Positions 9,369 to 20,213 of a DNA stretch of 25,794 bases are shown in pieces. The number at the start of each line of letters is the position of its first letter. Within the stretch, counting starts at the first letter, position 1. The stretch is from an uncultured Aquificales bacterium (GTDB lineage Bacteria; Thermosulfidibacterota; Thermosulfidibacteria; Thermosulfidibacterales; Thermosulfidibacteraceae). The position numbers and the translations under genes are program-made. The stretch covers positions 1-25,794 of the forward strand of contig CAYPLO010000022.1 of the NCBI GenBank assembly GCA_964411615.1, written 5' to 3'. The notes under the pieces are model-generated. The model had not been told where the DNA came from. It saw nothing but the letters and a program-made list of their open reading frames with translations, and ran no database searches.

Positions 9369-9413
9369 TATTATAACCCCTGTGGGGTTAATCTACTAAA
9401 AAGGGGGAGTGCC

Positions 9414-10097
9414 ATCAAGCTCATTGACAGGATAGCCTGGGAAGCTTCAAAGCTCTACAGACTCAGCTACTGGTATCTGACCACCCGCCTCGGTGTAAGA
9501 ACAGCCACCGCCATATATCTTCTCTTTGCCATCTTCATCAGCATGTCGGTTATGGGGGCGGTATCCTATCTCACCTCCTGGGTTTACATATTCCCCTCCA
9601 TCGGCCCCTCTGTCTTCATGATATTCTACTTTCCCTCTTCACCCATATCCGCTCCAAGGAACACAATTATGGGGCATCTTATGGGTATAGTGGTGGGTTA
9701 TGCGAGCTTTAAGGTTATGGGGATGCTGGGTATGGCCGACCACAACCTTCTGGTTCTGGTCTCTTCCGGCGTCTCCATGGGACTTTTTGGGATTCTCATG
9801 GCGCTGACGGGGATTCTCCATCCCCCCGCTGCGGCCAGCTGCCTCATAGCCTCATTGGGCCTTGTCAAGGGTATTTCCCAGGCTGCGGGTATGGTGGGCT
9901 CAATGGTGGTGATATGCCTTGTGGGCTACGTTGTGAATAACCTGGCTGGTATAGAGTATCCCCTGTGGTCTCCTGAGCAGAGGGCTGTTCTGCCCAAGAT
10001 AAGGACGGTTCTGGGGGATGTTGAAGAACTTGAGGGCGGCGATGAGATTGAGAGGATTGCCGCCAGGCTGGCCATGAGACAGAAGCTGGAGGATTGA
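9414..10097 (+). CDS. HPP-family integral membrane protein; probable ATC start at 9414 (first ATG at 9543)
   Basis: FPSIGPS, SAPRNTIMGH and ILHPPAAAS motifs. The frame is open for 43 codons upstream of ATG 9543, includes part of a TM helix, and begins after the SD-like AAGGGGGAG (9401-9409). Start position is inferred. Confidence 0.85.
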   Translation: MKLIDRIAWEASKLYRLSYWYLTTRLGVRTATAIYLLFAIFISMSVMGAVSYLTSWVYIFPSIGPSVFMIFYFPSSPISAPRNTIMGHLMGIVVGYASFKVMGMLGMADHNLLVLVSSGVSMGLFGILMALTGILHPPAAASCLIASLGLVKGISQAAGMVGSMVVICLVGYVVNNLAGIEYPLWSPEQRAVLPKIRTVLGDVEELEGGDEIERIAARLAMRQKLED

Positions 10098-10099
10098 AG

Positions 10100-11059
10100 A
10101 TGGTTGAGAGGGAAGAGGTGACCATAGATATGCTCATGCCCCTGCCCAAGGAGATGCTGAAGGAGATGGACTTTTCGGAAGTTGCCATATACCTCATCCA
10201 CAGGGGAAGGCCCGTCCTCTACAAGAATAAGGGGGTTCCCCTCTCCTTTGATACTATCTCCGACATATACGACAGGCTGGACAACTTCTACATTCTTCGC
10301 TCAGACGCCAAGTTCGTTGTGGAGGAGATAGGGAAAAAGCTGCAGGAGGCCTTCTCCAAGCCTGCGGATCTGTCCAACATGGAGGTGGTATTTGAACAGC
10401 TGTCTCACCTCGTTGATATGGTGCTTGCCTCCCCCACCAAGGAGCAGATGGACTTCGTTAAGGGCATGTACTACATGTTCGCCGACTACATGGAGTCCGA
10501 GCCTCAGGCGGCGTATCTTGTTGCGTTCACAATAAAGAAGGATTTCACCACAACTTTGCATGTGACCAACGTGAGCGTTCTCGTTGCAGGCTTTGCCTAC
10601 CATCTCGGATACAGGGGGGATAGATACAAGGATATATGCGTATCTGCCTTTTTCCACGATATAGGTAAGGTTAAGGTTCCCGATGATATCCTTAAAAAGC
10701 CTGGCAAGCTCACCATGAGGGAGTTTGAGATTATAAAGAGACATACCGTTTGGGGTGCCAAGATTCTAAAGGAGAACGGGTTTGATAAACATGTTCCCGT
10801 TGCCATGTATCACCATGAGTACCTTGACGGTTCAGGATACCCTGAGGGGCTTACAGGTTCCCGTATCCCTGAGGATGCCAGGCTCGTTCAGATATGCGAC
10901 ATATACGAGGCCCTCACGGGTATCAGGCCCTACAGAGACCCCCTCGCCCCTTACGATGCCCTGAGCCTTTTAAGGGACAACTTTGTTCTGAAAGGGAAGG
11001 TGGGGAAGGACCTTTACTCTGAGTTTCTCGTGTTCCTTTACAGAAACCGCTACGATTGA
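10100..11059 (+). CDS. HD-GYP-domain protein (putative c-di-GMP phosphodiesterase)
   Basis: [50 protein letters not shown] 10100 has SD GGAGGA (10088-10093); TTG 10094 is the alternative start. Confidence 0.92.
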   Translation: MVEREEVTIDMLMPLPKEMLKEMDFSEVAIYLIHRGRPVLYKNKGVPLSFDTISDIYDRLDNFYILRSDAKFVVEEIGKKLQEAFSKPADLSNMEVVFEQLSHLVDMVLASPTKEQMDFVKGMYYMFADYMESEPQAAYLVAFTIKKDFTTTLHVTNVSVLVAGFAYHLGYRGDRYKDICVSAFFHDIGKVKVPDDILKKPGKLTMREFEIIKRHTVWGAKILKENGFDKHVPVAMYHHEYLDGSGYPEGLTGSRIPEDARLVQICDIYEALTGIRPYRDPLAPYDALSLLRDNFVLKGKVGKDLYSEFLVFLYRNRYD

Positions 11060-11065
11060 TATAAA
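11037..11065 (+). promoter_or_regulatory. Possible internal promoter upstream of thioesterase-hisD-ppsA
   Basis: TTTACA (11037-11042), 17 nt spacer, TATAAA (11060-11065) with extended -10 TG at 11057-11058; ATG 11076 lacks an SD. Confidence 0.4.
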
Positions 11066-11075
11066 CCAGCCTGCC

Positions 11076-11501
11076 ATGGTGGTGAGGACCTCTGTCAGGG
11101 TGAGGTATGAGGAGACGGACAGGATGGGGGTTGCCTACTACTCCAACTATTTGGTCTGGTTTGAGCTGGGAAGAACGGCCTTTTTGAGAAGCGCAGGCAT
11201 CCCCTACAGGGAGCTTGAGGACAGGTACGATTGTATCCTTCCGGTGGTGGAGGCCCATTGCAGGTACAGGAGGTCTGTGGGATACGACGATGAGGTGTTT
11301 ATCAACACCTGGATAAGTGGGGTGAGAAGCAGGGGACTGACCTTCCACTACCTCCTTGAGAGGGATGGGGAGGAGGTGGCCAGGGGCTTTACTAAACATG
11401 TGGTTGTGGATAGAAAGGGGAGGGTGAAAAGTTTTCCTGAATCTGTCTATAAGCTGTTGAAAAGGATGGAGAATGAAGATTCTGAAGCCAGAAGGGGTTG
11501 A
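11076..11501 (+). CDS. YbgC/FadM-family acyl-CoA thioesterase (hotdog fold)
   Basis: [26 protein letters not shown] and [10 protein letters not shown]...YDDE signature. Confidence 0.92.
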   Translation: MVVRTSVRVRYEETDRMGVAYYSNYLVWFELGRTAFLRSAGIPYRELEDRYDCILPVVEAHCRYRRSVGYDDEVFINTWISGVRSRGLTFHYLLERDGEEVARGFTKHVVVDRKGRVKSFPESVYKLLKRMENEDSEARRG

Positions 11502-12759
11502 GGACCTTCCCAGCCTTTTGAAGTCCCAGTCCTTTGTGGACCCCTCTATCACAAAGGCCGTTCTGGATATCATCTCCTCTGTAAGGGATAGGGGGGATGA
11601 GGCCTTAGTTGAGTTCACCAGGCGCTTTGACAGGTGGGAGGGGTTCCCCTTTGAGGTTCCCATGGATGATTGTCAGAGGGCGTGGGATACACTTCCCGAA
11701 GACGTTAAGGAGGCTCTGCTTCTGGCCAGGGAGAGGGTGGAGAGGTACCACCTGAATCAGGTGGAGAAGAGCTGGTTTCTTGAGGATGGGGGTAGCCTTC
11801 TGGGTATGCTGGTGAGGCCCCTTGACCGGGTGGGGGTTTACGTGCCCGGAGGAAGGGCCGCCTATCCCTCAACGGTTATCATGAACGTGGTTCCCGCTAA
11901 GGTGGCAGGCGTTAAAGAGGTGGTCATGTGTGTTCCCGCCCCCGATGGCTACAGGAACCCCTATGTGCTTGGTACTGCCCATATCTGTGGGGTGGACAGG
12001 CTCTTTCTGGTTGGTGGTGCCCAGGCCGTTGCCGCCATGGCCTTTGGTACAGAGACTGTTCCGAAGGTGGACAAGATAGTGGGACCCGGCAATATCTACG
12101 TGGCCGAGGCCAAAAGGCTTGTTTACGGCCATGTTGATATAGACAGCATAGCGGGCCCGAGTGAGGTTCTGGTGATAGCAGATGATGGTGCCAACCCTGT
12201 GTGGGTTGCTGCGGACCTTCTGTCGCAGGCTGAACACGACCCCATGGCCAGGGCCACGCTGGTGACCACATCTGCAAGTCTCGTGGAAGAGGTTCTGAAG
12301 GAGGTTGAGAGGCAGCTTGCCCGTCTGCCTGAGGCCAACAGGGAGGTTGCGGAGAGGTCGTGGAGGGATAACGGGGTTGTGATACTTGTGGACTCCTTAG
12401 ATGAGGCGGCGGAAGTTGCCAACGCCTTTGCCCCTGAGCACCTTGAGGTGATGGTTGAGGACCCCTGGGCCCTTCTTCCGAAACTGAAGAACGCAGGAGC
12501 CGTATTTCTGGGACCATACTCTCCTGAGCCCATAGGCGATTATATAGCCGGACCCAACCACACGTTGCCCACAGGGGGAAGGGCAAGGTTCTCTTCACCC
12601 TTGGGGGTCTATCACTTCTACAAGAGGACCTCTCTTATCGCCTTGGACAGGAGCACCTTCAAAAGTCTTGCCTATGGGGCTGCCAGGATAGCGGATGTTG
12701 AGGGGCTACACGCCCACAGGGCTTCTATACTAAAAAGGCTGGAGGGGGAGGAGGAATGA
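11473..12759 (+). CDS. hisD: Histidinol dehydrogenase
   Basis: [67 protein letters not shown]. Confidence 0.98.
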   Translation: MKILKPEGVEDLPSLLKSQSFVDPSITKAVLDIISSVRDRGDEALVEFTRRFDRWEGFPFEVPMDDCQRAWDTLPEDVKEALLLARERVERYHLNQVEKSWFLEDGGSLLGMLVRPLDRVGVYVPGGRAAYPSTVIMNVVPAKVAGVKEVVMCVPAPDGYRNPYVLGTAHICGVDRLFLVGGAQAVAAMAFGTETVPKVDKIVGPGNIYVAEAKRLVYGHVDIDSIAGPSEVLVIADDGANPVWVAADLLSQAEHDPMARATLVTTSASLVEEVLKEVERQLARLPEANREVAERSWRDNGVVILVDSLDEAAEVANAFAPEHLEVMVEDPWALLPKLKNAGAVFLGPYSPEPIGDYIAGPNHTLPTGGRARFSSPLGVYHFYKRTSLIALDRSTFKSLAYGAARIADVEGLHAHRASILKRLEGEEE

Positions 12760-15173
12760 GCTACAGGTACATCAAGTGGCTTGATGAGATAACCATGGAT
12801 GACCTGCCCCTTGTTGGGGGAAAGAACGCCTCCCTGGGGGAGATGTTCAACGCCCTCGTTCCCAAGGGGATAAACGTTCCCTACGGATTTGCAATAACTA
12901 CAGAGGCTTACTGGCATTTCGTGGAGCACAACAACCTGAAGGACAGGATAAAGGAGATTCTCAAGGGGCTGGATACCACAGATATTGAGGACCTCTCCAT
13001 GAGGGGCAAGAAGATAAGGGACCTCATATACTACTCCTCCATGCCGGAGGACCTGGAGAAGGAGATAAGGGATGCGTATTCCAAGCTCTGCGAGAGGTAC
13101 GGTCCTGACACCGATGTGGCGGTGAGGTCCTCCGCCTCTGCCGAGGACCTTCCCGATGCCTCCTTTGCCGGACAGCAGGACACTTACTTGAACATAAGGG
13201 GCATAGAGAGGGTTCTTGACGCCTGCAAGAAGTGCTTCGCCTCCCTCTTTACCGACAGGGCCATCTCCTACAGGCACGACAAGGGGTTTGACCAGTTCAG
13301 CGTGGGTCTCTCCATAGGGGTTCAGAAGATGGTCCGTTCGGACCTTGCAAGCAGCGGTGTCATGTTCACCCTTGATACGGAGAGTGGCTTCAAGGATGTG
13401 GTATTCATAACCGCCACCTACGGTCTCGGTGAGGTTCTGGTTCAGGGTGAGGTTAATCCCGACGAGTATTACGTCTTCAAGCCCACCCTGAGGGAGGGGT
13501 TTAAGCCCATAATCAGGAAGGTGCTGGGTAAGAAGCAGGTGAAGATGATATACTCCGACAAGGTGGGCACCAAGACCGTTAAGAAGGTGAAGGTGTCCAA
13601 GGAGATGAGGGAGAGGTTCGCCCTCACCGATGAGGAGATACTGAAGCTTGCCAGATGGGCCCTCATAATAGAGGAGCACTACTCCCAGAAGGCAGGGGTC
13701 CACAGGCCCATGGATATAGAGTGGGCCAAGGACGGCATTCTCAACGAGCTCTTCGTTGTCCAGGCAAGACCTGAGACCGTCCATTCCCAGAAGGAGGAGA
13801 ACGTTATTGAGATTTACAGGCTCAAGGAGAGGGGCAAGGTTCTGGTGAAGGGCAAGAGCGTGGGGAACAAGATAAGCACCGGTAAGGTCAACGTCATAAA
13901 CTCTGTGAAGGAGATGCACAGGTTCCAGAAGGGGGAGATACTGGTTACGGAGATGACGGACCCCGACTGGGAGCCCATAATGAAGCTTGCGGCTGGCATC
14001 ATAACCGAGAGGGGGGGAAGGACCTGCCATGCGGCCATAGTGGCCAGGGAGCTTGGTGTGCCGGCCATAGTGGGGGCCCAGGGTGCTTTAGAGGTGCTGA
14101 AGACCGGTATGGAGGTTACCCTCTCCTGTGCAGAGGGGGATGTGGGCTACGTCTATGAGGGGGTCCTTGACTACGATGTGGAGAGGATAGAGATAACCAA
14201 CCTTCCCCATCCCAAGACCAAGGTGATGATGATTCTGGGCAACCCAGAGGAGGCCTTCAACTACTCCAAGATACCCAACGATGGAGTTGGGCTTGCCAGG
14301 CTTGAGTTCATCATAGGCTCCTACATAAAGATACACCCCATGGCCTTGGTGAAGTTTGACGAGCTGCCCGAGGGGGAGGATAAGGAGAGGATAGAGGAGC
14401 TCACCAAGGGCTACGAGGACAAGACCCAGTACTTTGTGGACAAGCTGGCAGAGGGCATAGGCACCATAGCGGCTGCCTTCTACCCCAAGCCTGTGATAGT
14501 GAGGCTCAGCGACTTCAAGTCCAACGAGTATGCCAACCTCATAGGCGGTAAGCACTTTGAGCCTGTTGAGAACAATCCCATGCTTGGTTGGAGGGGGGCC
14601 AGCAGGTACTACCATCCCGATTACAGGGAGGGATTTGCCCTTGAGTGCAGGGCCCTGAAGAAGGTGAGGGATGTTATGGGACTTAGGAATGTGAAGGTGA
14701 TGGTCCCCTTCTGCAGGACCCCCGAGGAGGGGATGAAGGTTATAAACGAGATGAGAAAGCACGGGCTCATCCAGGGGGAGAACGGCCTTGAGGTCTACGT
14801 CATGTGCGAGCTTCCCGTGAACGTGATTCTGGCGGACGAGTTCGCAAAGGTCTTTGACGGCTTCTCCATAGGTTCCAACGACCTCACCCAGCTGGTCCTT
14901 GGGGTTGATAGGGACTCGGAGCTGATAGCCCACCTCTACGATGAGAGGAACGAAGCCGTCAAGCGTATGGTCCAGATGGTTATAGAGACCGCCCATAAGT
15001 ACGGCAGGCCTGTGGGGATATGCGGTCAGGCCCCCAGTGATTACCCTGAGTTTGCCGAGTTCCTTGTAAAGTGCGGCATAGACAGCATATCCTTAACCCC
15101 CGATACGGTGCTTTCCGGCAGGCTCACCATACTGAAGGCTGAGGGCAAGCTCAGCAAGGAGGAAGGGCAATGA
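12756..15173 (+). CDS. ppsA: Phosphoenolpyruvate synthase (pyruvate, water dikinase)
   Basis: [36 protein letters not shown], phospho-His [42 protein letters not shown]. Confidence 0.98.
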   Translation: MSYRYIKWLDEITMDDLPLVGGKNASLGEMFNALVPKGINVPYGFAITTEAYWHFVEHNNLKDRIKEILKGLDTTDIEDLSMRGKKIRDLIYYSSMPEDLEKEIRDAYSKLCERYGPDTDVAVRSSASAEDLPDASFAGQQDTYLNIRGIERVLDACKKCFASLFTDRAISYRHDKGFDQFSVGLSIGVQKMVRSDLASSGVMFTLDTESGFKDVVFITATYGLGEVLVQGEVNPDEYYVFKPTLREGFKPIIRKVLGKKQVKMIYSDKVGTKTVKKVKVSKEMRERFALTDEEILKLARWALIIEEHYSQKAGVHRPMDIEWAKDGILNELFVVQARPETVHSQKEENVIEIYRLKERGKVLVKGKSVGNKISTGKVNVINSVKEMHRFQKGEILVTEMTDPDWEPIMKLAAGIITERGGRTCHAAIVARELGVPAIVGAQGALEVLKTGMEVTLSCAEGDVGYVYEGVLDYDVERIEITNLPHPKTKVMMILGNPEEAFNYSKIPNDGVGLARLEFIIGSYIKIHPMALVKFDELPEGEDKERIEELTKGYEDKTQYFVDKLAEGIGTIAAAFYPKPVIVRLSDFKSNEYANLIGGKHFEPVENNPMLGWRGASRYYHPDYREGFALECRALKKVRDVMGLRNVKVMVPFCRTPEEGMKVINEMRKHGLIQGENGLEVYVMCELPVNVILADEFAKVFDGFSIGSNDLTQLVLGVDRDSELIAHLYDERNEAVKRMVQMVIETAHKYGRPVGICGQAPSDYPEFAEFLVKCGIDSISLTPDTVLSGRLTILKAEGKLSKEEGQ

Positions 15174-16177
15174 TAGTGATAAAAGTGATACTGGGCCTCA
15201 TCTTTCTTGCGGTGGCGGCAGGTGCCCTGTTTGTGGGTGGACTTGCCATATGGGCCAGAAACTACAAGCTCGGGTTCCCCTCTGTTGGAGTTGGCCTTCT
15301 GGCCCTTCTTGAGACCTACGAGACCTTCACCTACGCCCATCCCTTCATCTTCTGGTTGCTCTTTGTGGCGTTTCTCCTTGCCGCAGGGGCTGCTGCCCTT
15401 TACATAACGGAGCCGGAGCTGGGGGTTATAGACTGGTTCAAGTCTCCTGAGAAGCTGATTGCCGAGGGCAAAAAACACAAGGCCGCCATAAAGTACAGAA
15501 GGAAGAAGATGTGGAGGGAGGCGGCCAAGCTCTACGAGGAGCTGGGCTGGTACACCTCCGCCTCCATCTGCTACGAGGAGCTGGGGGACTGGAAGGAGGT
15601 GGCCAGGCTCTACGAGCTTCTCGCTGAGAAGGAGGAGCATCCAGACTACTACCTGAGGCGCGCCAGGGAGATATACGAGGAGAAGCTTGGGGATTTCAAG
15701 AGGGCGGCGGAGATACTGGAGAAGCTGTCAGAGATTGAGGAGTGGTACTGGGACGATGCCGCCAAGATGTGGGAGAAGGTGGGGGATAATGAGAGGGCCT
15801 TGAAGTGCTGGGAGAAGGCCCTTGAGGTGAATAAGAGGCGTGCCGTTGAGGAGGACGGGGTCTTCTGGAGCGATGTGGCTGATATCCTTGACAGGCTCGG
15901 AAGGGTTGATGAGGCGGTTGAGGCTTACAAGAAGTTCCTTGAGTATGCCAAGAAGATGGACCAGGACGAGGGCAAGGGCTGGATAAGGCATGTGGCGGAG
16001 ACCTACTACGCACTCTACAGGCTCACCGGGGATGAGGAGTACAAGAAGAAGGGGGACGAGGCCCTTGAGGCCTATAAGAAGTACCTTGATGAGGTTGTGA
16101 AGGACGAGAAGTTCAAAAAGGAGCTCATAGAAGAGGTTCTTCGCTGGCAGAGGGAGAGGGTTGAGATAGAGCTGTAA
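15170..16177 (+). CDS. Membrane-anchored TPR/alpha-SNAP-like helical repeat protein
   Basis: Three hydrophobic N-terminal segments followed by repeated A-A-x-x-[YW]-E-[EK]-[LV]-G helices ([37 protein letters not shown]); ATGA overlap with ppsA. Confidence 0.7.
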   Translation: MIVIKVILGLIFLAVAAGALFVGGLAIWARNYKLGFPSVGVGLLALLETYETFTYAHPFIFWLLFVAFLLAAGAAALYITEPELGVIDWFKSPEKLIAEGKKHKAAIKYRRKKMWREAAKLYEELGWYTSASICYEELGDWKEVARLYELLAEKEEHPDYYLRRAREIYEEKLGDFKRAAEILEKLSEIEEWYWDDAAKMWEKVGDNERALKCWEKALEVNKRRAVEEDGVFWSDVADILDRLGRVDEAVEAYKKFLEYAKKMDQDEGKGWIRHVAETYYALYRLTGDEEYKKKGDEALEAYKKYLDEVVKDEKFKKELIEEVLRWQRERVEIEL

Positions 16178-16608
16178 TGCCCAGGGTCTTTATAGCCGGT
16201 ATCATCCAGGGCTCCAAAAGGGGTAAGGATATACATTCCCAGGACTACAGGGAGAGGTTGCGGAGTATCTTCAGCCGCTATCTGCCCGAATGGGAGGTGT
16301 ACTGCCCTGTGGCCAACCATCCGGACAGCGTGAATTACGACGACGAGGAGGCGAAGAAGACCTTTCTCTACCATGTGGACCTGGTGAGACATTCCCAGCT
16401 TCTGGTGGCCTACCTTCCTGAGGCGAGTATGGGCACCGCCATAGAGATGTGGGAGGCTTACAAAAGCGGGGTTCCCGTGTGGAGCATAACCCCCATGAGG
16501 GAGAACTGGGTGGTGAGAATAACCTCCGAAAGGGTCTTTTCAAGCATAGACGAGCTTGAGCTCTTTCTCTCTTCCGGAGGGGTGAGATGGATTGGGAGGC
16601 CTTTGTAA
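16177..16608 (+). CDS. Nucleoside 2-deoxyribosyltransferase/RCL-fold (NMP N-glycosidase-like) protein
   Basis: [14 protein letters not shown] and [27 protein letters not shown] match the NDT/DNPH1 pattern (SxGTxxE with catalytic Glu90). Confidence 0.75.
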   Translation: MPRVFIAGIIQGSKRGKDIHSQDYRERLRSIFSRYLPEWEVYCPVANHPDSVNYDDEEAKKTFLYHVDLVRHSQLLVAYLPEASMGTAIEMWEAYKSGVPVWSITPMRENWVVRITSERVFSSIDELELFLSSGGVRWIGRPL

Positions 16609-17807
16609 AGAATCTTGTGGTGCCAAACGACACCAAGATACTGCTGGTTGTGCTTGACGGTCTGGGGGGTGCCCCCTTCAAAGATGGAAAGACGGAGCTT
16701 GAGTACGCCAGAACCCCGAACCTTGATGGGCTTGCCGCCAAATCTGAGGTTGGGCTGGTCCATCCCGTTGCCCCTGGAATAACCCCCGGCTCTGGTCCCT
16801 CCCATCTGGCCCTTTTCGGTTACGACCCCTTAAAGTACAACATAGGAAGGGGGGTCCTTGAGAATCTCGGCCTTGGGGTTGACCTGAAGCCTGGGGATAT
16901 AGCGGTAAGGGGTAACTTCTGCACCGTTGAGGAGAGGGATGGGAAGCTGATTGTTGTGGACAGAAGAGCCGGCAGGATTCCCACTGAGGAGAACAGGAGG
17001 CTCTGCTTAAGACTTCAGGAGGCTGTAAGGGAGATAGATGGGGTTGAGGTGAAGTTTACCCCCGGTATGGAGCACAGGTTCGCCGTGAGGCTCAGGGGTG
17101 AGGGGCTGAGGGAGGGGGTTCCCGATACGGACCCTCAGAAGACGGGAAAGCCTCCTGTTGAGCCTGTGCCCCTTCGTCCCGAGGCGGAGAGGCTGGCCCT
17201 GGTGCTCAAAAGGCTCATAGAAAGGGCCAGGGAGATACTGAAGGATGAGCCGAAGGCCAACTTCATCCTGCTCAGGGGCATATCGGAGCTTCCCCATATA
17301 CCCCCTATGGAAGAGCTTTTTGGAGTCAAGCCTGCCGCCATAGCCACCTATCCCATGTACAGGGGCCTTGCGAAGCTTGTGGGGATGGATGTGCTGGAGG
17401 TTGAGCCTCCAACCCTTGAGGGAGAGCTTGAGACTTTAAAGAGACACTGGGGCGAGTACGACTTCTTCTACCTCCACGTCAAGAAGACCGATGCCATGGG
17501 CGAGGACGGCAACTTTGAGGGCAAGGTAAAGGTCATAGAGGAGTTTGACAGAATACTTCCCCGCATCCTTGAGATGTCTCCAGATGTTCTGGTTGTAACC
17601 GGAGACCACTCCACACCAGCCCTTATCAAGGGCCATAGCTGGCATCCCAACCCCTTCCTGCTCTACTCCAGGTATGTTATCCCTTCAGGGGTCTCATCCT
17701 TTGACGAGAGAAGTTGTGCCAGGGGTAATCTGAGGCTATACTACGCAAAGGAGGCCATGCCCCTTATGCTGGCCCATGCTATGAGGCTGAAGAAGTTCGG
17801 GGCTTAG
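16587..17807 (+). CDS. apgM: 2,3-bisphosphoglycerate-independent phosphoglycerate mutase, archaeal/ApgM type
   Basis: [70 protein letters not shown]. Confidence 0.93.
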   Translation: MDWEAFVKNLVVPNDTKILLVVLDGLGGAPFKDGKTELEYARTPNLDGLAAKSEVGLVHPVAPGITPGSGPSHLALFGYDPLKYNIGRGVLENLGLGVDLKPGDIAVRGNFCTVEERDGKLIVVDRRAGRIPTEENRRLCLRLQEAVREIDGVEVKFTPGMEHRFAVRLRGEGLREGVPDTDPQKTGKPPVEPVPLRPEAERLALVLKRLIERAREILKDEPKANFILLRGISELPHIPPMEELFGVKPAAIATYPMYRGLAKLVGMDVLEVEPPTLEGELETLKRHWGEYDFFYLHVKKTDAMGEDGNFEGKVKVIEEFDRILPRILEMSPDVLVVTGDHSTPALIKGHSWHPNPFLLYSRYVIPSGVSSFDERSCARGNLRLYYAKEAMPLMLAHAMRLKKFGA

Positions 17808-17808
17808 T

Positions 17809-19449
17809 ATGGGAAGGGACTGGGAGGCCCATCTGCCGCCGGAGGACCTCTGGCCGGAGTTTGTCTATCCTGACGAGTGCAGGTTCTTCCATAAGGATAA
17901 CTACAATCTGGCCTGGTACCTCCTTGACAGGCATGTGGAGGCGGGGTGCTGCTGCAGGCCCATGGCCTTCTTCGCCGGCAGGGAGTACACCTACCAGGAG
18001 ATTTACCAGGCCTCCATAAGGGTGGCCAACTACCTGAGGAGCATGGGCATAGAGAAGGGGGACAGGGTGGCCTTCGTCCTTCTCAACTCACCCCATGCCT
18101 TGGTTGTGAACTTTGCCATCTTCAGGCTCGGGGCCATCTCCGTTCCCGTATCCCCCTTCTGGAAGCCCCACATCATTGAGTACATTCTGCGCTCCAAGCA
18201 GGTGAAGCTCCTCTTTTTGAGTGCCAAGTACCTTGACAAGGTTCTGCCCATTGCGAAGGGGATAGATGGGATAAGGTGCGTTGCCATCATAAAGAGGGAG
18301 TTTACCGTTCCCGATGACCCCTTCATATGCGGCATTTACGAGGAGATACTTGAGAAGGGGGAGGACGAGTACATCCTTGAGAAGGTGGAGCCCCTTGACC
18401 CCTGTGTGATACTTCACACCTCTGGAACCACCGGCCTTCCCAAGGGCTGCGTCCACATGGCCAAGAACATACTCTGCGAGTGCTATCTGGTGAACAAGTA
18501 CGTGTGGAGGCTGAACAGGGGGGATGTCCTCACGGGTGGGGCCCCCGTCACCTTTGCGGCGGGTTTCGGCACCTTCGTTCTCATACCCCCCTTTGCGGGG
18601 GCGGCTGAGGTGCTCTTTACCGAGTTTGACCCTGTGAGAATCATAGAGAGCATCGCCAGGAGGAAGGCCACCGTCCTTACGGGACTTACGAGCTTCTACG
18701 ACAGGCTCATGGAGGCTCCCAACTTCTCCCCGGAGAAGCTCTCATCCATAAGGCTTGCCACAACAGGGGGGAGTCCCCTTGAGCCCAGGACATACACCAG
18801 GTGGTTTGACGCCACAGAGCAGCCCATATACGAGGGGCTTGGAGCCACGGAATTCTTGCATCTTGTGGCCTCCAACGCCGTGAGGCTCGTTCCCAAGATA
18901 GCCTCCTTTGGCGTTCCCATACCGGGCATTGAGATAAGGGTGGTGGACCAGAAGGGGAGGGACTGTCCTCCTGGGAAGCTCGGCAGGATGCTTGTGAAGG
19001 GTCCAACCGGGGTCCTGTACTGGGACAACGTTGAGAAGCAGAGGGAATCGGTGATAGAGGGCTACACCTACGTGGGTGATGTGGTCTTCGTCGATGAGGA
19101 AGGGTATCTACACTTTGCGGGAAGGAGTGAGGACATACTCAGGGTAAAGGGGAGGGAGTACTCTCCCTTAGAGGTTGAAGAGGTGATAAGGGAGCATCCC
19201 GCCGTTGAGGATGTGGGTGTGATTGAGGATGATGATGGCACCATAGTGGCCTGTGTGGTCTATAAGAAGGCCTACGAGAACAGGTTCCCGGTGAGGCAGA
19301 TAGAGCAGGATATACGCTCATGGGTTCTGAAGCACCTGAAGAACCCGGACCTTGTCCCTTCCGTCTTTCAGGAGGTGAGGTACGTCCCCAGAACCCCTGC
19401 AGGAAAGATACTCCGCTGGAAGCTGAGGGACTGGAGACGTAAGAGCTGA
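17809..19449 (+). CDS. AMP-forming acyl/aryl-CoA ligase, benzoate/2-aminobenzoate-CoA ligase-like
   Basis: P-loop [38 protein letters not shown]-terminal [11 protein letters not shown] resembles the 2-aminobenzoate-CoA ligase subfamily. Confidence 0.85.
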   Translation: MGRDWEAHLPPEDLWPEFVYPDECRFFHKDNYNLAWYLLDRHVEAGCCCRPMAFFAGREYTYQEIYQASIRVANYLRSMGIEKGDRVAFVLLNSPHALVVNFAIFRLGAISVPVSPFWKPHIIEYILRSKQVKLLFLSAKYLDKVLPIAKGIDGIRCVAIIKREFTVPDDPFICGIYEEILEKGEDEYILEKVEPLDPCVILHTSGTTGLPKGCVHMAKNILCECYLVNKYVWRLNRGDVLTGGAPVTFAAGFGTFVLIPPFAGAAEVLFTEFDPVRIIESIARRKATVLTGLTSFYDRLMEAPNFSPEKLSSIRLATTGGSPLEPRTYTRWFDATEQPIYEGLGATEFLHLVASNAVRLVPKIASFGVPIPGIEIRVVDQKGRDCPPGKLGRMLVKGPTGVLYWDNVEKQRESVIEGYTYVGDVVFVDEEGYLHFAGRSEDILRVKGREYSPLEVEEVIREHPAVEDVGVIEDDDGTIVACVVYKKAYENRFPVRQIEQDIRSWVLKHLKNPDLVPSVFQEVRYVPRTPAGKILRWKLRDWRRKS

Positions 19450-20213
19450 TGGGTAGGCAGCCCATCACCGTCATAATACCCACCTACAACGAAGAGAAGA
19501 ACCTTGAGGATGCCATAAGGTCGGTTCTCTGGGCAGATGAGATAATGGTGGTGGACTCCTTCAGTACAGATGGCACCCTTGAGATAGCCAAGAGGTACGG
19601 GTGCCGGATACTGCAGCACGAGTATGTGAACTCTGCCACCCAGAAGAACTGGGCCATACCCCAGGCCTCCCATGAGTGGGTTATGATTCTGGATGCCGAC
19701 GAGAGGGTTACTCCAGAGCTTAGGGAGGAGATACTGAGGGAGCTGGAGAATCCCAGATACGACGGGTACTACATAGGCAGAAGGAACTACTTCCTCGGGT
19801 ATCCCCTGAATTACGGGGGGTGGGGGCCAGAGGAGGACAGGAACATCAGGCTCTTTAAAAGGGATATAAGCCGCTACGAGGACAAGGAGGTCCATGCGGA
19901 TGTTATCGTCTCCACAGGGAGGGTGGGGCAGTTTAAACACCCACTTATACATCACTCCTACAGGACCCTGAAGCAGTACTTCAGAAAGATGGAAAGATAC
20001 ACCGACTGGGCGGCTAAGGATATAGTTAAAGCGGGCAAAAGGCCCAACCTGTTCAATCTGGTGCTGAGGCCTGTAGGCGATTTTGTCAAGTTCTACATCC
20101 TGAAGCAGGGCTTCAGGGATGGCATGCCCGGCCTCATTATAGCACTGCTATCCTCCTACTACGTTATGGTTAAGTACGCCAAGGCCTGGGAGCTGCTCCA
20201 CGGGAGGGGTTAG
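19449..20213 (+). CDS. GT2 glycosyltransferase, WaaE/KdtX/LgtF-like (LPS core)
   Basis: [48 protein letters not shown]. Confidence 0.92.
   Translation: MGRQPITVIIPTYNEEKNLEDAIRSVLWADEIMVVDSFSTDGTLEIAKRYGCRILQHEYVNSATQKNWAIPQASHEWVMILDADERVTPELREEILRELENPRYDGYYIGRRNYFLGYPLNYGGWGPEEDRNIRLFKRDISRYEDKEVHADVIVSTGRVGQFKHPLIHHSYRTLKQYFRKMERYTDWAAKDIVKAGKRPNLFNLVLRPVGDFVKFYILKQGFRDGMPGLIIALLSSYYVMVKYAKAWELLHGRG

Noticed and set aside
9370..9375. Perfect TATAAT on the minus strand before the HDOD gene
   Set aside because: It ends 1 nt from the ATG, so transcription would start inside the ORF; not a plausible -10 for this start.
12672..14996. Long antisense ORFs (452 aa and 302 aa) opposite ppsA
   Set aside because: Codon-register mirror of a strongly biased gene, where few TTA/CTA/TCA codons means few antisense stops; the translations have no recognisable motifs.
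15170..16608. TPR plus NDT-fold pair as an anti-phage defence system
   Set aside because: No cyclase, TIR, nuclease, STAND NTPase or mobile-element context; codon usage looks native and the flanks are housekeeping genes.
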